From NCBI GenBank assembly GCA_965223905.1, contig CBDCXV010000011.1, positions 2,080,001 to 2,144,000 on the forward strand: a stretch of 64,000 bases of DNA. Reading direction: 5' to 3'. Under the pieces are notes generated by a model. It had not been told where the DNA came from, searched no databases, and saw nothing but the letters and a program-made list of their open reading frames with translations. The position numbers were made by a program, and so were the translations under genes. This stretch comes from Candidatus Latescibacterota bacterium. GTDB lineage: Bacteria; Latescibacterota; UBA2968; UBA8231. Positions 1-10,100 of the stretch are shown here, one piece after another (within the stretch, counting starts at the first letter, position 1; the number at the start of each line of letters is the position of its first letter).

Positions 1-41
1 CCCGTCACCTTGCCGGCTCAGCCGGCTCCCGAAAGGATGAG

Positions 42-788
42 ATGATCGAAACAGCGGATATCGAACGTCCCCCGAAGGACTTGATCGAGTCGCTTGGCAC
101 AATCAGCAGCGCCACCGCCAGCGGCGAGCTCGCCCGTCTGGGGATCCGCGACCCCCACCTGAGCGGCTGCATCGCGCGCACCCCGGGAAGGCGCGTCGTC
201 GGCCCGGCGCTGACCCTGCAGTTCATGCCCAAGCGGGAGGACCTCTACGACGTCGACGAGTACGCCGACCCGGAACGGCAGCTGCACCGCCACGCACTCT
301 ACCACACCCGGCCCGGGGACATCGTCGTCGTCGACGCGCGCGGCAGCCTGTCGAGCGGCGTCTTCGGAGACATGATGATGACCTTCTTCAAGGGGCGCGG
401 CGGCATCGGCGCCGTCATCGACGGCTGCGTCCGCGACTTTCCCAAGGTCCGCAACCTCGGGCTCGGGCTGTGGCTGCGCGGCGTCACCCCGAACTTCCAC
501 ACGCAGACCGACATCTTTCCGTACGCCGTCAACGTGCCGATCGCCTGCGGCGGCACCATGGTCGTTCCGGGAGACATCGTCGTCGCCGACGACGACGGGG
601 CCACCGTGGTGCCGTCGGCCCTCGCCCCGGAGCTGGTCGAGAAGGCGACGGCCCACGAGGAGTGGGAAGATTTCAGCCGCATGAAGCTGGCCGAGGGCGG
701 CCACCTGCGGAAGTACTACCCCTTGAGCGAAGAGGGGCGCGCCGAGTACGAGGAGTGGCTCGAGGCCGGGGGCCCGAGGCCCGAATAG
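42..788 (+). CDS. RraA-like / HMG-aldolase family protein
   Basis: 248-aa ORF with GPALTLQFMPKRED, GDIVVVDARG, GVFGDMM, IDGCVRD and VVPGDIVVADDDG motifs; GGATGAG upstream. Confidence 0.85.
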   Translation: MIETADIERPPKDLIESLGTISSATASGELARLGIRDPHLSGCIARTPGRRVVGPALTLQFMPKREDLYDVDEYADPERQLHRHALYHTRPGDIVVVDARGSLSSGVFGDMMMTFFKGRGGIGAVIDGCVRDFPKVRNLGLGLWLRGVTPNFHTQTDIFPYAVNVPIACGGTMVVPGDIVVADDDGATVVPSALAPELVEKATAHEEWEDFSRMKLAEGGHLRKYYPLSEEGRAEYEEWLEAGGPRPE

Positions 789-879
789 CTGCTCGCGGCC
801 GGGACCGGGCCGCCCCTTGGCGGCCGAACCGTTCACTTTACCACCACCGAGACAGAGACCGGGAGAAGGAAGCACCGCC

Positions 880-2355
880 ATGCGCATCGCCACCGGCTGC
901 ATCGGCCACGAGACCAACACCTTTTCCAAAGTTCCCACCACCCTGGAGAGCTTCGAGCAGGGGACCTACGAGACCGGGGAGGGCATCGTCGACGCCTTCG
1001 CCGGGACCGGCACCGTCACCGGCGGCTTCATCGACGGCGCCGGGGAGCTGGGGATCGAGCTGGCGCCCCTGCTCTGGACCTTCGCCACCCCTTCGGCGAC
1101 CATCGAGCAGCCGGCGTACGAGACCCTGAAGAAGCAGTTTCTCGAGCGCCTCGAGGCAGCCCTCCCGGTGGACGGGGTCCTGCTCGACCTGCACGGGGCC
1201 ATGGTCACCGAGGCGCACGAGGACGCCGAGGGGGACCTGCTCGCCGCGGTGCGCGAGGTCATCGGCCCGCTGCCCCTGGTGACCACCCTCGACCTGCACG
1301 CCAACATCACCGCGGCGATGGCCGCCCACGCGGACGCCATCGTCGGCTTCGACACCTACCCGCACGTCGACTGCCACGAGCGCGGCCTGGAGGCCGTGCG
1401 GCTCATCAGAGACACCGCGGCCGGGACGGTCTCCCCGGAGACGGCCTACCGCCAGCTGCCGCTGCTGACGGGTCCGCCGGCGCAATGCACGATGAAGCAG
1501 CCGATGAGCGGCATCGTAGAGCAGTTGCACGCCCTCGAAGCAAAGCCCGGGGTGCTCACTGCCACCCTGTCGATGGGGTTCCCGTTCTCGGACATCCGCG
1601 ACGCCGGGGCCTCGGTGCTGGTCGCCGCCGACGGCGACCGGCAGCTCGCCGAGCAGTGCGCCGGCGAGTTCGCGGAATACCTGTGGGAGCGACGCGCCGA
1701 GCTCGTCAGCGACCTGGTCTCCGTCGAGGAGGCGATCGCCCGTTCCCGGGCAAGCGAGGGGAAGCCGTTCGTGCTCGCCGAGGGCTCGGACAATCCCGGG
1801 GGCGGCGGCCCCTGCGACGGCACCCACGTGCTGAGGGCATTCATCGAGGCCGGGGTGAGCGGCGCCGTCGTCGCCATCATCGCCGACCCGGAGTCGGTAG
1901 ACCTCGCGTTCCGGGCCTGCCCCGGCAACCGCGTCGCCCTGCGCATCGGCGGCAAGACCGATCCCCTGCACGGCGAGCCGGTGGAGGCGACGGCGTACGT
2001 CAGGCGGATCTCCGACGGCCGCTTCGTCCACAAGGGGCCGATGGGGCGCGGCAAGTCCGGCTGCCTCGGCCGCACCGCGGTGGTCGAGGCCGGCGGCGTC
2101 ACCGTCCTGCTGACCGAGGAGCGGGTGCAGCCGTACGACGCCGAGGTGCTGCGCTCCAACGGTATCGCGCCGGAGGAGTGCGAGCTGATCGCCCTGAAGT
2201 CGGCCGTCCACTTCCGCGCCGACTACACCCCGATCGCCTGCGAGATCCTCGACGTCGACACCCCGGGGGTGCACAGCCCCGACCTCTTCAGCTACGACTA
2301 CCGCAAGCTGAGACGGCCGATCTTTCCGCTCGACAAGGATGTGAGTCGGGGGTAG
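880..2355 (+). CDS. M81 family metallopeptidase (MlrC-like)
   Basis: HETNTFS, LLDLHGAM, LDLHAN, TYPHVD, DNPGGG and LKSAVHFRADY motifs; ATG at 880 after AAGGAAG. Confidence 0.9.
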   Translation: MRIATGCIGHETNTFSKVPTTLESFEQGTYETGEGIVDAFAGTGTVTGGFIDGAGELGIELAPLLWTFATPSATIEQPAYETLKKQFLERLEAALPVDGVLLDLHGAMVTEAHEDAEGDLLAAVREVIGPLPLVTTLDLHANITAAMAAHADAIVGFDTYPHVDCHERGLEAVRLIRDTAAGTVSPETAYRQLPLLTGPPAQCTMKQPMSGIVEQLHALEAKPGVLTATLSMGFPFSDIRDAGASVLVAADGDRQLAEQCAGEFAEYLWERRAELVSDLVSVEEAIARSRASEGKPFVLAEGSDNPGGGGPCDGTHVLRAFIEAGVSGAVVAIIADPESVDLAFRACPGNRVALRIGGKTDPLHGEPVEATAYVRRISDGRFVHKGPMGRGKSGCLGRTAVVEAGGVTVLLTEERVQPYDAEVLRSNGIAPEECELIALKSAVHFRADYTPIACEILDVDTPGVHSPDLFSYDYRKLRRPIFPLDKDVSRG

Positions 2356-2676
2356 CGGACCGGCGGAAGGAACCGGTGCGGGCCGCCGGGGCCAAGGTCA
2401 GGTGGAGGACCGCCGGGCAGGGGGGCGGCGGCTGGCGGCGGCCGCGCCTGGTATGGCATGGTCGCAGCAGGAGCAGGGTGTGAGCCGCCAATGCCTGCGG
2501 GAGGAGTACCGCGGTTCCAGGCAAGCACCGTCGCGCCGGAAAGCCCCGGACCCCCGAGTGGGGACAGTAAGGCCAGGTATTGGATTGCATGGCCCGGCAG
2601 TAGTCAGCCGCCCGGCCAAGCAACGGCCGCAGGTGGCCGGGCGCGGACCTGGCTGTGGAACGGACGCACGCCGCGG

Positions 2677-4512
2677 TCAGCCGTTGAAGACGTTGTTGCG
2701 GATCCCGAAGACGTTGTCCGGATCGATCGCCTGCTTGGTCCGGCGCAGCACCTCGATGCTGTTGGGGCTCTGGATGCGGGCGACGAACCCCTGGCGGATC
2801 TTGCCGATGCCGTGGTGGTGGGAGAGCGATCCGCCGTTGTCGAGAATCGCCTGGCGCAGGCGGCTCTCGATCTCGTGAAACACCTCGTCCGGAGCCTCGA
2901 GTCCCTTCCCTGAAAACCCCATCGTGAAGTAGATGCAGACCCCGGTGTGGTAGGTCTGGGTGACGCGGTAGGCGAGGTAGGGGGTCCCGGCGACGCCGCG
3001 GGCAGCGCACTGACCCGACAGCTCGGTCTCGACCGCGGCGATCACGTCGTGGATCCTGCTCCAGGGCACCGAGGTCTCGAAGGTCTCGGCGACGATGTTG
3101 AACTGGTTGAAGAAGTCGCGCAGGTAGGCGATGCCGAAGGTCAGCATGTACCCGCGCTGGCCGTTCCTCTCCCCTCCGTCGAGGGCGCCGAAGCGGGCCG
3201 CGGTGGCGTAGATCACCCTCCTCTGGTGCTCGACCTCGGTCCGGTTCCCCTCCATCACGACCGTGCAGGCCGCCATGGTGCGCGGGTCGAACTTCTTGAC
3301 CCGGGTGAGCACGAACTTCTGCAGCCGGTCGGCGATCCCCTTACCGAAGCCGGGCGCCGGCTTCAGCGCCTGGCTGAAGCGCAGCTCGAAGTTGCTGACC
3401 AGGCGGATGCTCGCCGGCAGCACCCCGGTGCCGCGCAGCTCCTTCAGGAAAGAGACGCCGTTCTCGAAGCGCGGGAACACCAGCAGCCCGTAGCGGCGCA
3501 CCTCGGGCAGCGGGTGGATCTTGAGAACCGCCTTGGTGATGACGCCGAAGTTTCCCTCGCTGCCGAAAAGGAAGACGCGCGGCTGGATGCCGGTGGAGTT
3601 GCGCGGGGTCGCGTGCCGGGTCTCGATCTCCCCGGTCGGGGTCACCAGCGTCGCCTCGAGGACGATCTCCTCGATGTTGCCGTACCTGTTCTTCTTCATG
3701 CCGCTGGCGTTGGTCGAGATCCAGCCGCCGAGGGTCGACAGCTCGAGGCTGTCGGGGTCGTGCCCGGAGGTGAACCCCCGCGCCCCGAGCTCGCGCTCGA
3801 GGTCCTTGCCGTAGATCCCGCACTCGACGCAGGCCTGCAGGTTCTCGGTGTCGACCCAGAGGACGCGGTTCATGCGCCGCATGTCGACGGAGACGATCAT
3901 GCGCTCCTCGTCCGGCGGGCAGGCGAGGGCGCCGCTGACGTTGGTGCCGCCGCCGTAGGGGACGAGGCAGACGCCGTGCTCGTGCGCCAGGCGCAGGATG
4001 TCGGCGACCTCCTCCTCGCTCTGCGGATGGAGCACGAGGTCGGCGGTCCGCTTCAGACCGCCGATGTACTGCAGCCGGTAGACCTCGTCGACGCTGAGCT
4101 GGCCGTGGCTGTGGGTGAGACGCGCCTCCTCGCCGGCGTCGATCTGGTCCGCTTGCAGGCGCTCGGAAACGGCTGCGAGGAAGGCCTGGTTGGTCCTGGG
4201 TTCGGGGAGCGGCTGCCGCGGCAATTCCGGGATCACTTCATCCGGCGTGAACGGCACCCCGAGGACGTCCTCGGCGAACGGCACCAGGTGCGGCATGCTG
4301 TACCCGGCCAGCAGGTAGCGGCCGCCGGTCATGCGCACGCTGCGGGGGCCGTCGAACTCGATGCGGGTGTCGGTGTACCCCCACTTGTGCATATGGCGCT
4401 CGCCGTGGGAGACGTCGTAGTAGGCATCGAGCCCGCCCGGTTTCCTGCCCCTGCCGAAGTACAGCAGGAGCAGGAGAAAGAGGGCGACCGCGAGCAGAGG
4501 CAGTATCTCCAT
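2677..4512 (-). CDS. FAD-linked alkyldihydroxyacetone-phosphate synthase (AGPS-like) with N-terminal hydrophobic helix
   Basis: PYGGGTNV, GHDPDSLELSTLGGWISTNASGMKKNRYGNIE, GSEGNFGVIT, RVTQTY and SLSHHHGIGK motifs. Confidence 0.85.
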   Translation of the reverse strand: MEILPLLAVALFLLLLLYFGRGRKPGGLDAYYDVSHGERHMHKWGYTDTRIEFDGPRSVRMTGGRYLLAGYSMPHLVPFAEDVLGVPFTPDEVIPELPRQPLPEPRTNQAFLAAVSERLQADQIDAGEEARLTHSHGQLSVDEVYRLQYIGGLKRTADLVLHPQSEEEVADILRLAHEHGVCLVPYGGGTNVSGALACPPDEERMIVSVDMRRMNRVLWVDTENLQACVECGIYGKDLERELGARGFTSGHDPDSLELSTLGGWISTNASGMKKNRYGNIEEIVLEATLVTPTGEIETRHATPRNSTGIQPRVFLFGSEGNFGVITKAVLKIHPLPEVRRYGLLVFPRFENGVSFLKELRGTGVLPASIRLVSNFELRFSQALKPAPGFGKGIADRLQKFVLTRVKKFDPRTMAACTVVMEGNRTEVEHQRRVIYATAARFGALDGGERNGQRGYMLTFGIAYLRDFFNQFNIVAETFETSVPWSRIHDVIAAVETELSGQCAARGVAGTPYLAYRVTQTYHTGVCIYFTMGFSGKGLEAPDEVFHEIESRLRQAILDNGGSLSHHHGIGKIRQGFVARIQSPNSIEVLRRTKQAIDPDNVFGIRNNVFNG

Positions 4513-4644
4513 CACACTTCACATCCTTCCCGGAGGGTGGGCCGGTTGTCGATGGACGGGGACCTGAATATAGGCAACCCAGGGTCTCTTCCATTTACGC
4601 CGCCGGCCGCCTGGAAGCGACCGAGAAGGGATGGTGCCGCCGGC

Positions 4645-5343
4645 TCACTTCAAAATCTGCAGCACCTCCCCAAGGGCCCGGACCGCCCGGTCCGCCTGCG
4701 GCGTTGCCCCCTTCGAGGTGAACTCCAGCGTCTGGATGGTGCGCATGCCGAACGCCGCGGCCCCGGCGATGTCGGTCTCGGGATCATCGCCGATCATCAC
4801 CGTCTCCTCCGCCCGGACGCCGGCCTGCTCGAGGGCGATCTCGAAAATTCGCGCCGCCGGCTTCTCGGCGCCCGCCTCCTCGCTGGTGACGAGGGCGTCG
4901 AACAGGCCATCGAAACCCAGGGCGGAGATCTTTCCCAGCTGGGGCAGGGTTGTGTGGTTGGAAACCAGGACCAGCGAGTGCGAAACCCTCAGGCCTTCCA
5001 GCACTTCGAGGGCATCCGCCTGCGGCTGCATGCGCTCGTAGAACGCCGCCCAGTAGCGGCCGTACATCCGCCGCACCAGGTCAGACAAAGCCGGATGCCG
5101 TCCACCGGCGATCTCCTCGACCATGCGCTTGAAGAAGAGGGCCCGGTTGTGGGAGGCGGCCTGCCCGCGCAGCTCGGAAGCCAGCTGTCCGCGGACCTCG
5201 TCGTGAAGCTCCTGAAACTCCACCGCCGGCAGATCGAAGACGCTGCCGAGGACCTCCCGGGCAGCGGCGAGCCCAACCCTGTTGCAGGGCGCGTACTCGT
5301 ACAGGGTGTCGTCGAGATCGATCAGTACCGCCTTCGGTTTCAT
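4645..5343 (-). CDS. HAD-family hydrolase
   Basis: DLDDTL motif I, EKP and MIGDDPETDIAGA. Confidence 0.9.
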   Translation of the reverse strand: MKPKAVLIDLDDTLYEYAPCNRVGLAAAREVLGSVFDLPAVEFQELHDEVRGQLASELRGQAASHNRALFFKRMVEEIAGGRHPALSDLVRRMYGRYWAAFYERMQPQADALEVLEGLRVSHSLVLVSNHTTLPQLGKISALGFDGLFDALVTSEEAGAEKPAARIFEIALEQAGVRAEETVMIGDDPETDIAGAAAFGMRTIQTLEFTSKGATPQADRAVRALGEVLQILK

Positions 5344-5629
5344 GTCCCGCCCCGTGACCTGGCGCCTACGTCGTCGTTCCGAGCCTGGCTGCGTGCCCCG
5401 ATCGGAGTTCCCTGACCGAAGCTGCCGAGGGTGAAGTAGCCGGTCTCTCTTTCGAAACCTGACGCCCGCCCCAATCGCGGTCCCTGGCCGAAACTGCCTC
5501 CGCCCGAAGCCCGATGGTTTTGCGGCCCCAGCTGCGGGCCCAAATCGCCTGCCCGAAGCGGGCCGGGGCGCAAACAGCCGACCGCTCCGGACCTGCCCGC
5601 TGGATTTGCCATGGTTGCCAGCCCCGGCC

Positions 5630-6598
5630 TCAGTCGAGCTGCGCGTGCTCGGGGAGGATCTCCTGGCGGAAGCGGAACACCTGGGGGTCGCCGGGATCGA
5701 CCTGCACCCGCACCCAGTGCATGTGGGGGGAGCCGAAGACCTCGAGCCGCGTGAAGTTGTCGAGACGGCGCCCGCTCTCCGGTCCGGTGAGCGGCTTGTC
5801 GATGCGGAAGTAGTGGAAGTCCCCGTGGACGAGGAGGACGGGCCTGCGGTATGCCGAGGTCTCCCGGGACAGCACCCGCAGGAACCTGGTATACGGCCCC
5901 GGCGGGTCCGCGGTCTGGTCGGTCTCGAAACGCGGATTCCCGTGCATGGCGATCAGCAGGGCGGGAGCGTCCGTCTCCCGGGCCACGCGGAACCCCTCGC
6001 GCATCCAGGCGATGGCCGCGTCCGTGCGCCGCGCCACCTCGGCGTCGTCTTCCGGGGTGCGCGCCGGGAAGCCGGCCAGGGCGTTTTTGCTGCCGACGAG
6101 GTGCAGAGCAACGAAAACCACTCCTTCACGGCTCCAGCGGAGATGTTCGGGGAACTCCGCCCAGGCAGGGTCCGCGGCCTGGGAGACCAGCGCCAGCGAG
6201 CCGCCTCCGAGCACCCGCCCCGGCGGCGTGAAGAACAGGGCGCGCAGCCTGGCCAGCCGTTCCAGCGGCTTCCTGGCCCCGGATCTCTCGCGGTGGCAGT
6301 CCGTCCACTCGTTGTCTCCCGGAAGGAGCACGAAGGGATGGCGGAAGCGCGAGAACATCCGCAGCCGCGACTCCAGCACGGCGTCGGCGCAGGAGCTCCC
6401 ACCCCCCTTGATGTCCCCCACGTGCAGGACGAAGGCGAGGTCCTCGGCATCGATGCGCTCGCGCAGCAGGGCGAAACGCAGGCTGTCCGTCTCTCCGTAA
6501 GGCAGGTCGCCGATGGCGGCGAACTCGAAACCGGAAGCCGCGATCGGGGCGACGCAACAAAGGACGAGGGCGACGACAGAAGGGAGAAAGGGGCGCAC
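5630..6598 (-). CDS. Secreted calcineurin-like metallophosphoesterase
   Basis: GTG start after GGAGG; signal peptide; IGDLPY, HVGDIKGG, PGDNEWTDC and VHGDFH motifs. Confidence 0.8.
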   Translation of the reverse strand: MRPFLPSVVALVLCCVAPIAASGFEFAAIGDLPYGETDSLRFALLRERIDAEDLAFVLHVGDIKGGGSSCADAVLESRLRMFSRFRHPFVLLPGDNEWTDCHRERSGARKPLERLARLRALFFTPPGRVLGGGSLALVSQAADPAWAEFPEHLRWSREGVVFVALHLVGSKNALAGFPARTPEDDAEVARRTDAAIAWMREGFRVARETDAPALLIAMHGNPRFETDQTADPPGPYTRFLRVLSRETSAYRRPVLLVHGDFHYFRIDKPLTGPESGRRLDNFTRLEVFGSPHMHWVRVQVDPGDPQVFRFRQEILPEHAQLD

Positions 6599-6678
6599 GG
6601 AATCCTCCGAGGATTGGTGAATGTTCTGATGGATCGTGGTTGGAGCCCGTAGAGAGACGGCCGCTCCGAGCAGGGCTC

Positions 6679-6999
6679 TCAGGGAACACCTTCCCACTCT
6701 TCTCCATAGTGAAAGGTGATCTCCTCGTCCGTGCGGATGGCGCGCAGGGCATAGAGATGATCCCCGTCGAACTCGGCGTTGGGACGGCCCGAGTGGTTGA
6801 GGTAGCGCAGCCCGTTCCTTCCCAGGCGGCCCGCCATGGTGCCGTCCTCTCCCTCGACCCAGAGCACGTGGGTTCCGTCGCGGTCGGTGGGGACCCCGGA
6901 GTACACGCCGATCAGCTCGCCGCGGGGAATTCTGCGGGCTGCGAATACCCCCTTGCCGTGGATCGGGCTGGGACCGGTGTAGTAGCTGCGTGGAGGCAA
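6679..6999 (-). CDS. Small SET-domain protein (start uncertain; ORF open to 7122)
   Basis: SPIHGKGVFA, RYLNHSGRPNA and EEITFHYG are the canonical SET motifs. Confidence 0.8.
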   Translation of the reverse strand: MPPRSYYTGPSPIHGKGVFAARRIPRGELIGVYSGVPTDRDGTHVLWVEGEDGTMAGRLGRNGLRYLNHSGRPNAEFDGDHLYALRAIRTDEEITFHYGEEWEGVP

Positions 7000-7195
7000 T
7001 GCGGCAAATCCTGCTGAAGCGGGAACAGGCCATCCCCTGGCCGAATCAAGACGAACTACTGTAGCGATCGCCCCGGAACTCCTGCAAGGGGAAGGGCGGT
7101 TCGCTGCCGACGTCACCTGCATGGAATAGGAATAAATGCGTGATGACCGTACTATCCCGGCTAATGCAATCGTTTACATACAGGAGCCTGACCCA

Positions 7196-10100
7196 ATGAA
7201 AGCCCTATTTCTTCGCTCCGCCCTTTTCGCCCTGCTCGCCCTCGTTCTCACACCGCCGGCGTTCCTCCATGCTTCGCCTTCACTTGCCGACGGCTTGCAT
7301 TTCTGCGCCCCTCTCGATTACGAGCAGTGGCGCCGCGATCACCCCCGCCCCGCAGCCAAGCGGTTGGCCGATCTCGACACCGGCGAACCCCGCACCGTGC
7401 GCCTCTTCTACTTCCTGCCCAACGACCGCCCGTATCAGGCCGGTGTGGTCGATTCCATGAAAACGGCGATTCGCCAAGTCCAGACCTTTTTTGGCGAGCA
7501 GATGCAGGCGCACGGGTTCGGGTACAAAACCTTCCGCTTCGAGACCGACGACCAGGACGAACCGCTGGTTCACCGCGTGGATGGGCAACACCCCGACAGG
7601 CACTATGTCGAGGGCACGTTTGGGGCTATGTACGAAGAGATGAAGGAGGTATTCGATCTCTCGGCGAATATCAACGTTCTCCTCATCGACAACAGCACAA
7701 ACAAGATCAATAGAAAATACTCCGGAACAGGGGCTCGGTGGTCGAAACATAGTGGTCATGCGTCACTGACCGACCTGTTTATCTGGCAGATCATTGCCCA
7801 TGAGCTCGGACATGCCTTCGGCTTGCCGCACGATTTCCGCGATGATGCGTACATCATGTCGTATGGATTTGACCCGAGCCCTTCTCTATCTGTGTGCAGT
7901 GCCGAATTTCTGGCCGTGCATCCCTACTTCAATCCCGATGTTTCGATGACAGAGTCTGAGGGGCCGGCAATCGAGCGCCTTTCATCGCCTGCCTATCCGG
8001 CCGGCTCGGAGAGTGTTGCGATCCAGCTCAGAGTCAGCGATGCAGATGAACTACACCATGTGCGCCTAAACGTTCTGACCAGGGACACACACACCTTAGA
8101 TGCAGGATTCGAGGAACTGAAGTCATGCCGTGGATTGGCCGGCGAGGAAGAAGAAGTCGTTGAGTTCGAGTACGACGGCGTAATTCCCTCCGGAAAGGAT
8201 TATGGCTTTACGGACCTGTCCGACCCTCCCATACATCCAATCTTCATTGAGGCAGTCGATACTGACGGTAATATTGGATGGACCTTTTTCAATATCTGGG
8301 AGATTTCGCCACAACATATCGCAACCATCGAGGGGCATACGAGTGGGGTCCGCTCTGTGGTGTTTTCACCCGATGGGACGACCCTCGCTTCCGGTGCAGG
8401 GGATGGAATCAAGCTGTGGGACGGTTCCACGCGAACCACTACCGCCACCCTGTCCGGCGGCACCGCTTCGGTGTCCTTCTCACCCGATGGCAGGATCCTC
8501 GCCTTCGGGTCCGGGCTCGACATCGAACTGTGGGACGTGGCGACGGACCGGAGTATCGCCACTCTCTCCGGGCATACGCACCCGATCCGCTCCCTGGCCT
8601 TTTCGCCAGACGGCGCGATGCTCGCCTCGGGGGCCCCGGAGGCCATCCGACTGTGGAACCTGGAAACGCGGACAAGTACCGCGACCCTTCCCGCCGGCGC
8701 CGCCTCGGTGGCCTTCTCCCCCGACGGGGCGACTCTCGCCTCCAGCTCCGGAGATGGAGTCCAGCTCTGGGACGTGGCGACGCAGACCGATGTCGCGACT
8801 TACCGGCATAGCGGTGGGGTCACCGTCGCGTTTTCACCCGACGGCACAAAGCTCGTTTCGGGTTCCTTCGATCTCACGGTCATGCTGTGGGACGTGGCGA
8901 CGGGCGAGAACGTCGCCGTCCTCGGAGGACATGATCAGCCCGTCAGATCGGTGACCTTTTCAACCGACGGAACCCTGCTCGCTTCCGGGACGAACCTGGC
9001 GGTGAATTTGTGGGACCCGGTGACGAAGGGCAGGCTCGCCGTGCTGCAAGGTGAGAGCAGGGGGGCCAACACCCTGGCCTTTTCGCCAGACGGCACAACC
9101 CTGGCTGGGGGAACTGAGGACGGCAGGATCGACCTGTGGGACGTATCCAAGTGGCTGCAGCCCCGTCCTCGAATTCTGGTGAAGGTTTCCGGCGACGACC
9201 AGCAGGGCACGCCCGGTTCAGAGTTGGCGAACCCTTATGTCGTCGAGGTAAGGGATCAGTACGACAATCCCCTGCAGGGGGTTCAGGTCACGTTTTCGGT
9301 CACCGCAGGGGACGGCACCCTCGGCGGGAGGTTCACGCTTGAGAAGGCGACGACCGACGCCGACGGCCGGACTCAGGCCGTCCTGACTCTCGGGCCCGGC
9401 CCGGGAACAAACACCGTCGAGGCAACGGTTCCCGGGCTCGAGCTGGTGACGTTCGGTGCGGTGGGGGTCGGAACGACCTCTGCACCCGTCATGGAGGGTG
9501 ATCTGCATACCTGGCATCTGCCCGACGGCGCCGTTGCCCGCCTGGGAAAAGGACGCATAAGCCGAGGAGACAGGGCGATTGCCTTTTCTCCCGATGGTCA
9601 ACTCCTCGGCGTGGGGAGTGAAACCGGTACTTGGCTTTACGACGTGATGACTTCTCGTGCAGTCGCCCTGTTGCCCATTGGGTACGCGGTCATGTCGGTT
9701 GCGTTTTCGCCCGATGGGTCCAAGCTCGCCTCCGCCCGATTGCTGTGGGACGTGGCTACCGGCTCCCATACCCCTCTCGAATCCTTCTATTCAGTGGCGT
9801 TTTCACCCGACGGGACAATGCTCGCCTTGGGAACTTATGACAGCAAGATCAAGCTGTGGGACACTGCTGCGGGCACCACTACCGCCACCTATGAACATCG
9901 GGGCACTGTCTACTCAGTGGCGTTTTCGCCCGACGGCACAAAGCTCGTTACGGGCAACATCGAGGGCAGGGTCATGTTGTGGGACCTGGCGACTGGGACT
10001 CATGCAACCTTGGAGGGGCATAAGGACGTGGTCCAGTCCGTGGCCTTTTCGCCCGACGGGACGACTTTCGCTTCCGGATCCGACGACCACACGGTCAGAC

